Shown here one piece after another: positions 1 to 11,700 of a DNA stretch of 64,000 bases. The notes under the pieces are model-generated. The model was not told where the DNA came from. It searched no databases and saw only the letters and a program-made list of their open reading frames with translations. Each line of letters opens with the position of its first letter. Position 1 is the first letter of the stretch. The DNA is from Phoronis australis. Lineage: Eukaryota > Animalia > Phoronida. The DNA lies in contig NMRA01000488.1 in assembly GCA_002633005.1 (NCBI GenBank), forward strand, positions 98,194 through 162,193, read 5' to 3'. Both the position numbers and the translations under genes were made by a program.

Positions 1-838
1 GGGCATGCTTCACCGAAATTTCATATTCCACAGCTTTTTTCAACTCGTAGACTTGCTGCCAGTTGTAAGTTTAAGAATAAATCTCCGTTTAGACATCATA
101 ACTTCTAGTCACAACTTATAACTGTTCAGATGCAGCTTTAAATGGTTGTAAATGGGTCAAGGATGGAACTCAGTCTATCATGTCGACTCAAAGAACGCCA
201 CATTGATAAAACAGTTTTTAGGAAGTCGTTAATGATTTGGTCTAGAGCACAGGTTGTATTCTTATGTATTCAGAATTTGGTAAAACGGGTCACTAAAAAC
301 TAAAAGCAACTAAAATTATATTTTTATCAAATTTCTTGTAACTTTAATGCAGCTATTGATCCACACTTTGTCAACTAAAAAAGACGAGACATGATTTCTG
401 GATTGCAAAGAAGGGGCAATTTGTTATTCCTTGAGACCATGTTCAAGTATAAAGTGAAACACCTTGACAAGCCAACGTGTAGTGCCTGATCTCATGCAGT
501 AAAGAACTGTCAGTTCTTTCGCAGTCCTAATACCATCCCTAACTTGACTAAAGGAACAATTTGGCAACAATTTCATAATGGTATGTGGTCTTAATCAAAA
601 CTATTTTTGAGATGGAAGGGAGTTTTTTAGCCAATTTTTAAGATAAGCATCATTATCGTTATTTACGTACAATAATTTCGCCCCAAACAACAATTACTAA
701 AATATTGAAAATTCAGAGCACTGTAGTGAGCCTCTAATAGATCGATAGAAGGCAACAAAGTACTTGTTTTTTTCCCAAATTGAGGAATTTATGCGGCAGT
801 TCTCATTTTGAAAGACCATCCAGTTGCACCATGTATTT

Positions 839-1356
839 AGGCCCTTTCATACTAAATTAACTCCACTATCAGCGGAGCGTCGACGACGTAAACTGTGAAG
901 TTAATTTAATAGCTCATACCAGCTTCAGTAGTTAAGGTATAGAAGAAAACTATCTGGTAGGTGGCGCTGTCATCATCAAAGTAATCGCAAGGTAATGCTG
1001 ATGTAACCCATGCATGCCAAGATTTTTTAATGTGACAATTCGAGAACATTTACGTGTTGTAACCGACATACAAAACTTATTTCTAATTCGACTGGGGATT
1101 ATTCGAGCAAAACATAAGGAGCTTTTAGAGACGACACTGCCCTTAAATCGTTATTGATAACAGTGGCCCCTCCGGCAATAATTTGATTGGACTATTCATA
1201 ACACACGACAGCGTCAATGCTGCGCTGTTAAATTCACCTATTTACTGTGAACTTAGCTGGTAATTTTAACTTCAATCCAGGACCAAAGTTGTAACCGTTC
1301 ATACTGACTACAACTCCCCAGAACATCGAGGCATTGACATTAGTATGAGAGGGCCT
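839..1356. mobile_element. Non-autonomous TIR DNA element (PIF/Harbinger-like MITE), copy 1
   Basis: 17-bp TIR AGGCCCTTTCATACTAA / TTAGTATGAGAGGGCCT (1 mismatch). Internal sequence is homologous, in inverted orientation, to 10313..10799. Confidence 0.7.
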
Positions 1357-1716
1357 TTTGATTTGACACTGATAACATGTCAAAGATACTTTATTAGGGT
1401 AATTACCCTGATAACCACTTGAATTGGATTAGTGTCAATGAACTTCCCTACTAAGTTGTGGTATTGGATTTGTCAAAATATTACCATAGCAACAGATTGG
1501 TAAGTGTAACTGAACTCGAACAAAAACAAAAACTTAAGAATTCATCAAACGACAAAATTGCAAATCTGCATTATAAGCAAAAGAACCCCAGAGCATTAGT
1601 AAATAATTGTTCATTATCAATTTTCGACATAATTCACCACATAATTGTCTTCATGAATATCCACATCTAGAAATGTGCTTAACCAGGTGAAGAGGTAAGG
1701 AAACCGTAATAAACAG

Positions 1717-1793
1717 CAGGCGTGCTTTGTTAGGGTAGGGACAGGCATGCTTTGTTGGGGTAGGGACAGGCATGCTTTGTTGGGGTAGGGACA
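1717..1793. repeat. 25-bp G-rich tandem repeat x3
   Basis: CAGGCATGCTTTGTTGGGGTAGGGA repeated three times, near-identical. Confidence 0.9.
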
Positions 1794-2125
1794 TAAAGAA
1801 GCACAAATCCTGCATCCATATCCTCGCTTACAGTTCCTCATGCATCCAGAGCAACTCACACAACGTTCAACAATACCTTTTAAGCCAATTGACATCGCAA
1901 AAACATTTAGATCAATTTACATAAAAACAAAGACAAGCCATAAAGTGAAATCAGAAACTGAGGGGGAGGAAGACGAGGCTGAAAAACTGCGATCATCGTC
2001 AGAGGTGAAGCAATGCAAGTAAATACTATGACACTATTGAAGAGCACCCATGGATTGTGAGGATACGGCGATACAAGCTTTGGGAACACAACGACACCCG
2101 GGGATTGGCATCATTAACAAAATCA

Positions 2126-2193
2126 GCACGCACACCAACATATGCACGCACACACGCACACACACACACAAACACATACACGCACATACACAC
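2126..2193. repeat. Imperfect (CA)n microsatellite
   Basis: Direct reading of the sequence. Confidence 0.85.
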
Positions 2194-2899
2194 CTGCTAT
2201 TTTTCTCTAGATTCAAAAACCACATAATTGGCTGCGAGACCAACCATAGTTGCAGCTTGCTCTGGAGCAAGAAAATCTTATAAGAGTCTAATTGGCTGAT
2301 GGAAAACAGGCGCTACATAGAGGCCAGACAGACACAACTCACCAAAGAGCTTTTGGTGAATGAAACACCGGAATTCCAGCATTTTAGCTGTCTTGCCCTT
2401 CTTCTGATATGATGTCTACATTCACCTTACAAAAACTAGGGAAGTGCTTCCAAGAATTTTGATGATGTTGCCTTAATTGAAGCCGCTTTTAACAACTAAA
2501 TTAATGAGTATGAGCTTTCCAACAATGTTCACGCTTGGTAACCAGAAATCTCTTGAGTCTCATCCACACACAACTTGCCCTTGAACAACTTGCACTAGTG
2601 CAACTTGCGCCACACTTGTAAGTGGAGTGTCCACACACACACATCTGATAACAGGGGTTAAAGCAGAACTTGTCGCTCTGTCACGGACAGGTGATGTGAA
2701 TACGCCATGCAAAAGAAGACCCATCTATATGTAAACGCAGTGGATAATTACTTCCGCCTTGCCCCAGGTTTGTGGCCACACGGTAATTCGAAGTGGCGCA
2801 AGTTACCCTAGAACGAGTTAAGTACTCAACCCGAATGAGGTGGAGTAAGTTGTCAAAAGTGGGACATGTTGTATAAAATAAAGCACGCGCACAGCCCTC

Positions 2900-3500
2900 A
2901 AACCTAGCGACAACTAGTTCCAGGAGTAATTTGTTCAAGGTTAAGTCAGTGTCGACGGCACTTAACATCGGCAACAACGACATCCTAGAACAAGAGTGAA
3001 AAAATATCACGATGACAACATGAACCTGACTACACAGCAGCACAGATTCTGTTCATCGAAGGAAAAAATTAATGTGTCCAACTATCAGGTGATGTTGTCT
3101 GGATAGACCATTAACACTTCTGCCAGATTGCTTCATCGTCTGCACTCATCAAAAAGTAAAATGTTGGAAAACAACAAGACAAATTGTTTAAATGTGACCT
3201 GTCAATAGTAAATAAAAAAACGACATGTCACACATTAATGTCTTAAAGGTTTTGGTCCTATTATTGGTGTGAAATACTGAGAAAGAATCTAGGAAAAAGA
3301 AGATTATATTTTGTCTGGTTTCTCCAAAGATTCGATTTGCAAAATCCTTCACTGATAATTCAGGTGAATTCAGGCCAAGCACCACTTTGTGCAATCACAA
3401 GTTATCATGAATGCCCCAAGGTAGTGTCAAGGGTGGTCACCATCTGACCTTAAACGCTTATCAAAGATGGCCTGTGTTAGGTTCAAGAAACAAATAGTGA
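2900..3500 (-). mobile_element. Possible highly degenerate LINE endonuclease remnant
   Basis: Broken minus-strand peptides (NLAEVLMVYPDNIT, IVGHIN) loosely resemble the APE-domain IIVGDFN region. Frameshifted, with approximate limits. Confidence 0.25.
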
Positions 3501-6075
3501 TACCTTCCAGTAGTTTTTAAACTGCCTAAAGCTGAGCTTGGTTCTTGTTGGTGGCCGTTTCATTGACAGTCACCAGGACCATGGCGTGGTTGATTATAAC
3601 TTTGAACTAAAACAATTCCAATTACGTGGGTATTTCATTTGCCAAAAGTTTATGATTTACTTCAAATTGTATCACCATATTGCATTAAAGACTTGTAAAC
3701 ACTGTGCAAATTCAAAATCTAGACTCAATTCAACACTTCCAGAAAATCGGCTCCTGTAATACCAAGTAACACAGGCAACACCGTCCTCACAAACACCACC
3801 CATGATGACATTAATGGTGATATGTGTTACAGTTTGCAACGTGAAAGCCTAAGCTCCTCTCACCCCTTACTTCAAAACACTAGATTTGTCTTTGCCAGCA
3901 ACAATAACTCACTTGTTGTTTATACATCGACACAAAATTGAGTCAACAGTAGTCTGTCTCATTTTGGAAGTCCTTGATTTTGAGAATCAGGCCATCACTG
4001 AATAACACATCATATTCAGTTGATGACACTGGTTTTCTAAATCAGGAACTACCAAAAGGGACTACAGTCATAACGTACATTTGATAAAAATTAAGTATAC
4101 TGATCCAAAACCCATTTGTTAACCGAGAAACGGCCACACAACAACAAAACAAGAGGATTGAGAATATATTCGCCAAAGTGAGAAGCATATGGAGCACCAG
4201 TTTTCAATGAAAATGCAACAACTTTCATTCACAGGAGTCCTGGATTTTGAGAAATAGATTGGTGTCCATTTTTCAGTGGAGAAAACAAGTTCTCAAAATG
4301 CAGTGCCCTAGTGACTATTACCAAAAATCCTTTCCAAGTTACAATGAACAGGAGCTTAGTAAACGAAACAGATATCTCAGACAATTTCTTGACTTGAGAT
4401 TTTAAGAACCAACATGAGTACTAGAAATCCACAAGTCCTTTTACCTTATATTGTTAGCGCATTCTCAGTGAAAATCTCTTCGAAATGTGCATGCTCACTC
4501 AGACCAGTAATCATAACTTTGACCAGCTGGACTAGAGAGGAGTGTGGCATTTGCTGCTGAATCACATACCAACTCTTGACCTAGATAGCAGAGAGGTAAT
4601 CCCAAAGTACATACAAGACAGAAGCTCTGGTTGAAAGCAGTGACACCTATTATCAACAATGCTCCACTTCAGAAGGAACTAAACAGTGGAATAGCTTGGA
4701 TACTGTTGCAGAGAACGAGTGCTAAAATTTTGTAAATCAGCATCAGGATCACTCAGATTGTGACCGATTGAACCAGTTTTGAGCAATATTTCCCAATTTC
4801 TACTGGTTTGTGAATGTCAAGTTGGTGGTAATGCCAGATATGAGCTGGATAGTGGAAGTACAGAAATTCGGTGCACGACAACAATATGAGGGTGTGAGGG
4901 TTTGATTTTGAAGGGTCTCAACCTCCATGCACTCAAAACAGGAGGGAATGAGACCTATACCAGGCAAGGGAATGAATAACACGCAAACAATAAACCTTGG
5001 TGAACCACCCACAAGGGTACCTCGCACTGTAAGCCTCCAACAGTTTCTAAGAAGCTGAGATAAATAAAGATGAACAAATCACCTCAACAACAACATCAAA
5101 ATGCTTTTGAAAAGTGCTGCAAATATGCTAGCAATAATATCACTAACATTATTATTTCTAGTGTTATTAATTAAAAATAGAAAAACTAAGAAATTGATAT
5201 GAAACTTTAAAAACGTCAAGCCCGAGTCTCCAAACAAGCTTCAAACTATTAGCCGTAAAATGTTAACTACGTTTAGTTTGCAATTTAACTCCTCCAGCCA
5301 ATTCACATCACTGGTATATCAGTGATATTCCACACCATACCGATCATCCTGCACACACAGAAAGCTTGGAATAGTTCATGTCCAGGAAAATACCACGGTA
5401 ACCCAACTCAGATACAGACACGCCCCTTCCAGTCATCAACTTAGTCGCATATCAAAACTGAGATTACTCATGTCTTGGAATGAAACAAAAATCTGCCACA
5501 GACGTAATTATTTCATTTGAAAAGAAGCCTCATCACTGCAAAAAAATTCCGTGTGAACATGACAGCTGAGCCAGGCAGACAGTTAGGACCAGATATGTGT
5601 CAGTCTCAAACAAGTAACAGTTGATAGATTACTAGTATGTACATGGTAAAATTAAGGACAGACAAAATACCACTTCCCAGTCACAAGACTACTTGTGTTT
5701 ACAGCAACTATGACAGGAAACAACTCATCACCTCAAAAATAAATCCTAAACATAGAACAGTATATCATCCATGCTAATGTTCTAGTGAATTCTTTGTCGC
5801 TCCCGGTCAAGACTGACAACTACTATTAAATTCTACTAGCGCCCAAACATCAATGTGGAGAATTCAGGATAATTTTGCCTGATTACGCTTGGCATGTACT
5901 GTCCATCAAGTTTTGCAAAGAATTCCTATCTTTCTAACCGTAGTTAGATAAAGACATGTCTCATAAACCATTGCAAACCTGAATCTACAGCACATTAAAA
6001 AATGCACTCTCTCTTCAGTCTAATGCCGGGAGTTCAGTTTCAGTTCCAGTGAACAAACTCTGCACCCGTGACTAC

Positions 6076-6149
6076 CGGATGGTTACAGGTTGCTGTGAAA
6101 GTAGGCATGTGAGCCGGCGTGTGAGCTGATGTGTGAGTCAGCGCGTGCT
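6076..6149 (-). CDS. Candidate downstream exon of the Pro-rich minus-strand gene
   Basis: Acceptor ctgtcag|, phase 1, compatible with the donor at 7144. Reads EHALTHTSAHTPAHMPTFTATCNHP. Donor is uncertain (exon end 6076 or 6066). Confidence 0.35.
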
Positions 6150-7144
6150 CTGACAGCACAGGAATGTCAAACAAATATTTCAGTTTTCGAAAATTAAAAT
6201 CTATTGCTCTATAGCCACTGGCAATTCAAAAACATCCCAGTCTATAAAGCATCTTCCTTGTTAAAAATGCATTTATTTTTGATTAAAAATTGAATTCCTT
6301 ATTTGATTACCTCTTTACGAATTTAAACCAGTAATCTTGTTCCTAAGTCAACCAACATCACAGTTATTGTCATTCGAATAACGAGTACATTATGGGACAC
6401 CCTGTATTACTAATGTTATGCAAATATGGCAAGATCACTTAGCAAAGCTAACATTTAACGAGGAAGCAATAACCAAAGCAATGAAAACAACAGGATGGTT
6501 GTTTCAGTAACAAAATGTTTTGTTTTTGTATTATATTCTTTGATGCAAGGTTAGTGAGTCAATTCCCTAACCCTGAATTCAACTCTGGAGGGGGAAAATG
6601 CTTTGTATGCTTAATAAATTTTTCAAAAGGTGCAGTAAATTTAATCTTATTTTGTACAAAAAATAATTGGTATAACATCATTTTCCATTTTCCAAACGGA
6701 GATAACCTTGCCTGAAATAGGGGGAACTTTGGCAAACGGTATTTTATGACATCTATACAGTGCAAACTGCGCTTGTAATAGACTGAAATTTTCTTAACCT
6801 TTATTTTTGTTAAGAAATTTGACAAAATAAATTTTCTCCCGTCAGCAATATTGTGTGCTAAACAAGTGAAAAATTACCAATATACCTAACGCACCTTTGA
6901 GTCAAGATGGACAAATGAAGAACGATTTATTGTGCCTTACTCGGCTATTCAAATTTTTTAGGTCTGTACTGCAACCCAGTACAACTGCAGGCACGTGGAC
7001 TACTGACAAGTAGCATTGTGGGTAAATATCACAGAATGGAAGAGGGCATTATGGTGCTACGTAAGTGGCTGTTGTTTTTTTACGAATTAATTTAGACACC
7101 TGTAATTCAGAGACACACGACTAACAACTGTAAATAAAACGTAC

Positions 7145-7757
7145 CTTGATTAGGTTGGACACCAACTTTTATATTGACATCTCCGGGGGAGCGCAGATGT
7201 GTCAAGAGTTCATCTACACGGTTTACTCTGGGTGAACTTTGAACCGGCACTATAGATGGCGCTGTAATTGTCTCCCTAACAGGAACTTCTTTTTCATCCG
7301 AACTTGTGCTACTAACAGAGCCAGACATTTGCCTCGCAGGCTGACTACCAGCAAACTCCACAGGTGGCGCTGACTTGACCATCACAGGAACAGGTCTAGT
7401 AATTTGTGTAGAGGTTTTAGTCGTCGTCGAATGTCCACTGACATACTTTGTAGGCTGTTGACCTTGACCTTGCCGATAGGACGCGGGCAACGTGGATGAC
7501 GGAAAAGCGGGTGAATCGTTGATGCCGCCATCTTGGGCAAGATTTCTGGGCATTGTACCTCCGATGCTCTGAAGATGTGGGCCAGCGGAACCATCCGTGT
7601 ACGAGAACTTCATCTGAGAAGACTGCACGCGGCTGTACAAACCCTCTTCATCTCCTGTTGACAGACGTGGGGGGCGAGGTGGGACAGGGGGTGGTCCCTG
7701 ATGCGGCTCATACAACCGCTTCAGTTCCTTAAACTGTTCGAAATGCACAGAGGACAT
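7145..7757 (-). CDS. First coding exon of a Pro/Ser-rich adaptor-like protein (possibly paxillin/zyxin-type LIM family; remainder mostly outside the window)
   Basis: GC-richer 204-codon frame. ATG 7757 has an in-frame TAG just upstream. Acceptor ttgtttcag| precedes 7809 and donor CAAG|GTACGT is at 7144. Motifs: PPPVPPRPP, EEGLYSRV, LD-like VDELLTHL. Confidence 0.75.
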
Positions 7758-10312
7758 TGTCTAGTCTTTACTGGCTCATGGTACTATCCGAAACTGTTAC
7801 AATCATGCTCTGAAACAATAAAGACAAGAATTGTAAGAATTCGATATACATGTCGTCAAACTGATGGAACTTGAGGAGTCTGCACAGCAGGCTAAAAAGT
7901 CTTTAATTTGGCCAAATTTCTATTTTTCAGAGACTTACCGGTAATAAACATAATACATACGGAAATGCTCATGTGAAATCAATGACCGTCAACATTTTTT
8001 GGCTGGGCTTGAAAAGAGTACATTTTGCACACCGATAAAATGCATATAACTAGGAACAGCACCCAAGTTCCCACGAGAATCTATCTATGTCATTAAACTT
8101 GGCCACTTTAAGAATGAGATATCTTCAAGATGTAAACTAAGAAAAGCCAAAATTGACCCATCCAGATGCAAGATCAATCAGTACAGGACATGATAATATT
8201 CATACAATGTATATCAAGAGCTGAATTGAATGAATCATCACTACATGCCAGAGGGCCAGTTGGATGATAGATTACTGATGAAATCCATAGGTCAAATATT
8301 AGCGGTACTCTAGCTGCCACAGAGGGAGCAAATTTTCAGGACACCAATGAGGAAGACTACCGCGATCACACATGGTGCTGATTGCTGTTTATAACAATTA
8401 CTTTTGTTTAAAAAAATTGACTGAATATGATAAGAGCAAATGCCATACCAGTTATTACTTTAGCTAACAGACGCTTAAACCGGGATTTCCGAAAGAGACC
8501 TACTGTGGAAACTAGACTTAAAAAAGCAACTCTCTTTCTGGATCATTTGGCATGTCTGACAAATGTGGAAAATATAGACAAGGATTTCCGATATTTTTTC
8601 ACTTTTTGATCTGAATGAGAATGCTGTAGACAGCAAAACAAGTTTCCCATAGTGCCCCAACACTTTTTCCAAAGGACCCCCAGGGTCTCTGCTTGGACAA
8701 AGACACTTCGTTAAAATGTCAGTTTCCAAAAGAACACCCTGGAGTTTTTTCGGAAATCTCTGGTATGGCAGTTGAGTCAAGGGATGTAATGCGATGGTAT
8801 TATAATTTTGTTAATTCTTTGTCTAAGTCTAGAATAATTCATGGATTACACATGGTCAGTTGCAGATATTCAAAGAAATAATTTTATTTCTAAAATACAT
8901 GAATAGACACTGAAAACCACAGCTTGCTATGAGCTCCAACAGAACAGAAAAACCACAGCCTAAATTGATCATTTCTCAAGGAGATTTAAAAATTGTAAAT
9001 GTACACAGTGTATTAGAGGAGGTAGTTGTTTTACAAAACGTCAGAAATAGCGAACACTATTTAGGGCTTCCTTAAACAAAACCACGCTTCACTGCCCCCA
9101 TATTGTCCAATGCAGGTGACATTTCACTGTAAATTGAATCATTATCACCACCCTTGCCATTCCTTCCAGACTACTGTTTAAAAACCAATCAAATATGTAA
9201 TAACCATTCGAATCATGAAACAAAAATAGGAAAATCAAAATCCACAAAACAGAAATATAGAGAACAGAGAAAACAGTCTTCCATTCTGACGCTGATGTAC
9301 AAACCATTTGCTTGTTGCACCAACTGATACTCCAATAAGGTTGCCACTGAAATAGTTATCAAGTGCGGACCAGATGTTATGTTCAGTTGAGGGTCAGGGT
9401 AAGTACATCACATCAGTGTACAAGAAAGCAGCACATCCGAACAAACGAGGTGTGTCCAATCCAAACGGGGGTGTGTCCAAAACTTTGTTGGAATAAGATC
9501 AGCTAGATATGGGGTAATAATTCGGCAGGCCAAAAATGGTCGAATTCAAAGTAAAATAAAATAAAATAAGAATATCAAGTCAAAAATAACCAGCTCCATT
9601 CCAATCACAGTACATACACCCCTAGATTATGAAAAATGTTAACTCGATTTTTTGTGGAGCATCGCAAACCAAATCAAAACATTCGATCTTGTTGTCGTGT
9701 GAAATGAAAATTATCAAAGTAACATCTATAGGGAAATTACATTTTCAACTGCAAAATGTTTCGCAATTAAGTTTCTGTGCAATCATCAACATCAAGATTT
9801 CTATAAACATTTAGACAACAAAGACCGTTATTAGCGAATTTTTAATTATCAAGATATTTACCTCCAAATCCCAAAAACGATTGGAAACTGCCTACACACC
9901 ACAAACTGAACTCTATATGAAATCCAAAATAATTCAAATAAACATAGCCTGCAGAGCTCACATAATCATGATTCATTTTTAGGAAAATATCACCGGTACT
10001 TGGGATCAACATTACAAAAAACCTGTAGTACCGGTATAAAGATCAGTCGGCTGACTCTTAAAGACTGTTAAGTCACCACAATAAGCCATCAGCCTTGAAT
10101 TTTTATGCACCTATGTAGTTGGTGCAGAGAATGAATACTGCAGAAAATGAATATAATAATAAAAAATACATAACGTTAGAGGGGTAGAATCTCACCAAAT
10201 GAGGACACAACATGGCAGACAAGTGAATTTTGCGTTCACATTTTTCATAAAACCTATGTTACGCCAAGTCAATGCTTAATCACATTCAAATTCTGCATCA
10301 CAGTTACTGTTA

Positions 10313-10799
10313 AGGCTCTTTCACACTAACGTCGACGCATAGATGTTTTGGGGGAGCTGTGGTCAGCATGAATGGTTAACTTGGTCCTGGATCAAAGTTA
10401 ACAGTGTCAGTTAACTTTGCAGTATACAGGTGGATTTAACAGTGGAGCATTGACGCTGCACTGCGGTATGAATGGTCAACTTCGGTCCCATTGAAGTTAT
10501 CGCCAGGGCCACTGTTTTCATCAACAACTAAAGAGCAGTGACATCACTAACGGCAGCTCATATTTTGCTCGAATAATCACCAATCAAAATAATTTTGATG
10601 CCAATTAGCACATGTAGATGTTTCCAAATTGTTTCATTAAAAAGTCTTAGCGTGCAGCGCTACCTTGTGATAACTTCAAAGACGACAGCATCACCTACAG
10701 TTTACTTCGACATTTGTTTACTGCCGAAACCGCTATGAACGGTTCAGTTAACTTCGCAGTTTACGTCGACGATCCACTCAGACCGGAGTGAAAGGACCT
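10313..10799. mobile_element. Non-autonomous TIR DNA element (PIF/Harbinger-like MITE), copy 2
   Basis: TIR AGGCTCTTTCACACT / AGTGAAAGGACCT in TTA/TAA context. Shares CGTCGACGTAAACTGYGAAGTTAA and other blocks with 839..1356. Confidence 0.7.
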
Positions 10800-11015
10800 T
10801 AAAGGCACTTTGTAAAACTGTGGGCACTCATAACAATGTCATTAAAAGACCGCGAAAAATGAAAACAAGGCAATTTTTTTCTTTATAAAATTTGTGAGAT
10901 TTCCCGGTGATACGTATGAGTTTTCAACACAGAATCCTTGCAAAAGCAGATTTTCAAATTACAAGTTCCTCAAAACAAGACCAAAATAAAATGGCATAAG
11001 TAATAAATCACTTAC

Positions 11016-11083
11016 AGCACAGACACTAAACGTCCAGTCCAGTTCTCTCTTCCACAACAAGTGGCGGAGACAATCAAAAATAT
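11016..11083 (-). other. Probable 5' UTR exon of the minus-strand Pro-rich gene
   Basis: Acceptor aatttacag| and donor GCT|GTAAGT flank a 68-nt segment. Confidence 0.5.
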
Positions 11084-11480
11084 CTGTAAATTATGTTGTC
11101 ATCATAATAGCCACAGGATATCCTTGGTTCATATTTGATACCACGCCGCCATATTTAAGTATCCGCACACAGACAAATTATTGTGCAAAAAATGCCAACA
11201 AACAAGAACAGATATTGCTGATAACTTGGTAATTAACGTAACTTGGCAAAAATCTATTTTCAAATCACAGACAATTTTATACACAACTTGCTTATTAGTG
11301 AGTTTCCATAATTGCAACAATTGCTGTCCAACACAACATAAGTACAGTGCCAAGTAATGGGAAAACCATGACAGAATCCTTTAGTTAATAACGGCATTCA
11401 TCTGGGTTCACACCCACATTTGGCAAAATGCCCATCCCCGGATTTTCAAAATTTTCCCATTCGAATGCCCATATTTTAAA

Positions 11481-11554
11481 AGTACACATATAATTGTGTT
11501 GTTATCAATCAGTGCCTTTATACTGACGGATAACAACACAATTATATATGCACT
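11481..11554. repeat. 33-bp-arm inverted repeat (hairpin)
   Basis: AGTACACATATAATTGTGTTGTTATCAATCAGT ... ACTGACGGATAACAACACAATTATATATGCACT, with an 8-nt loop. Confidence 0.85.
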
Positions 11555-11619
11555 CCCAAGTTTGGGGTAAAATGCTCTGTATTACGTAAGCCTGCTTGGA
11601 CTTCTGAAATTGCCCGGTG

Positions 11620-11700
11620 ATGACGATAGCTCAGTCAACTAGAGCGTCTGCACCGTTAGCAGAAAGTCCCTGGTTCGAACACCAGTAGATGGCAGCGATC
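11620..11700 (+). mobile_element. tRNA-derived SINE head / tRNA-like pseudogene
   Basis: A-box-like TAGCTCAGTCAA, stem TCTGC/GCAGA and B-box GGTTCGAACAC. No clean acceptor stem and a non-canonical anticodon loop. Confidence 0.6.

Noticed and set aside
11620-11700. Functional tRNA gene
   Set aside because: No pairing acceptor stem, a degenerate D-loop and an atypical anticodon loop.
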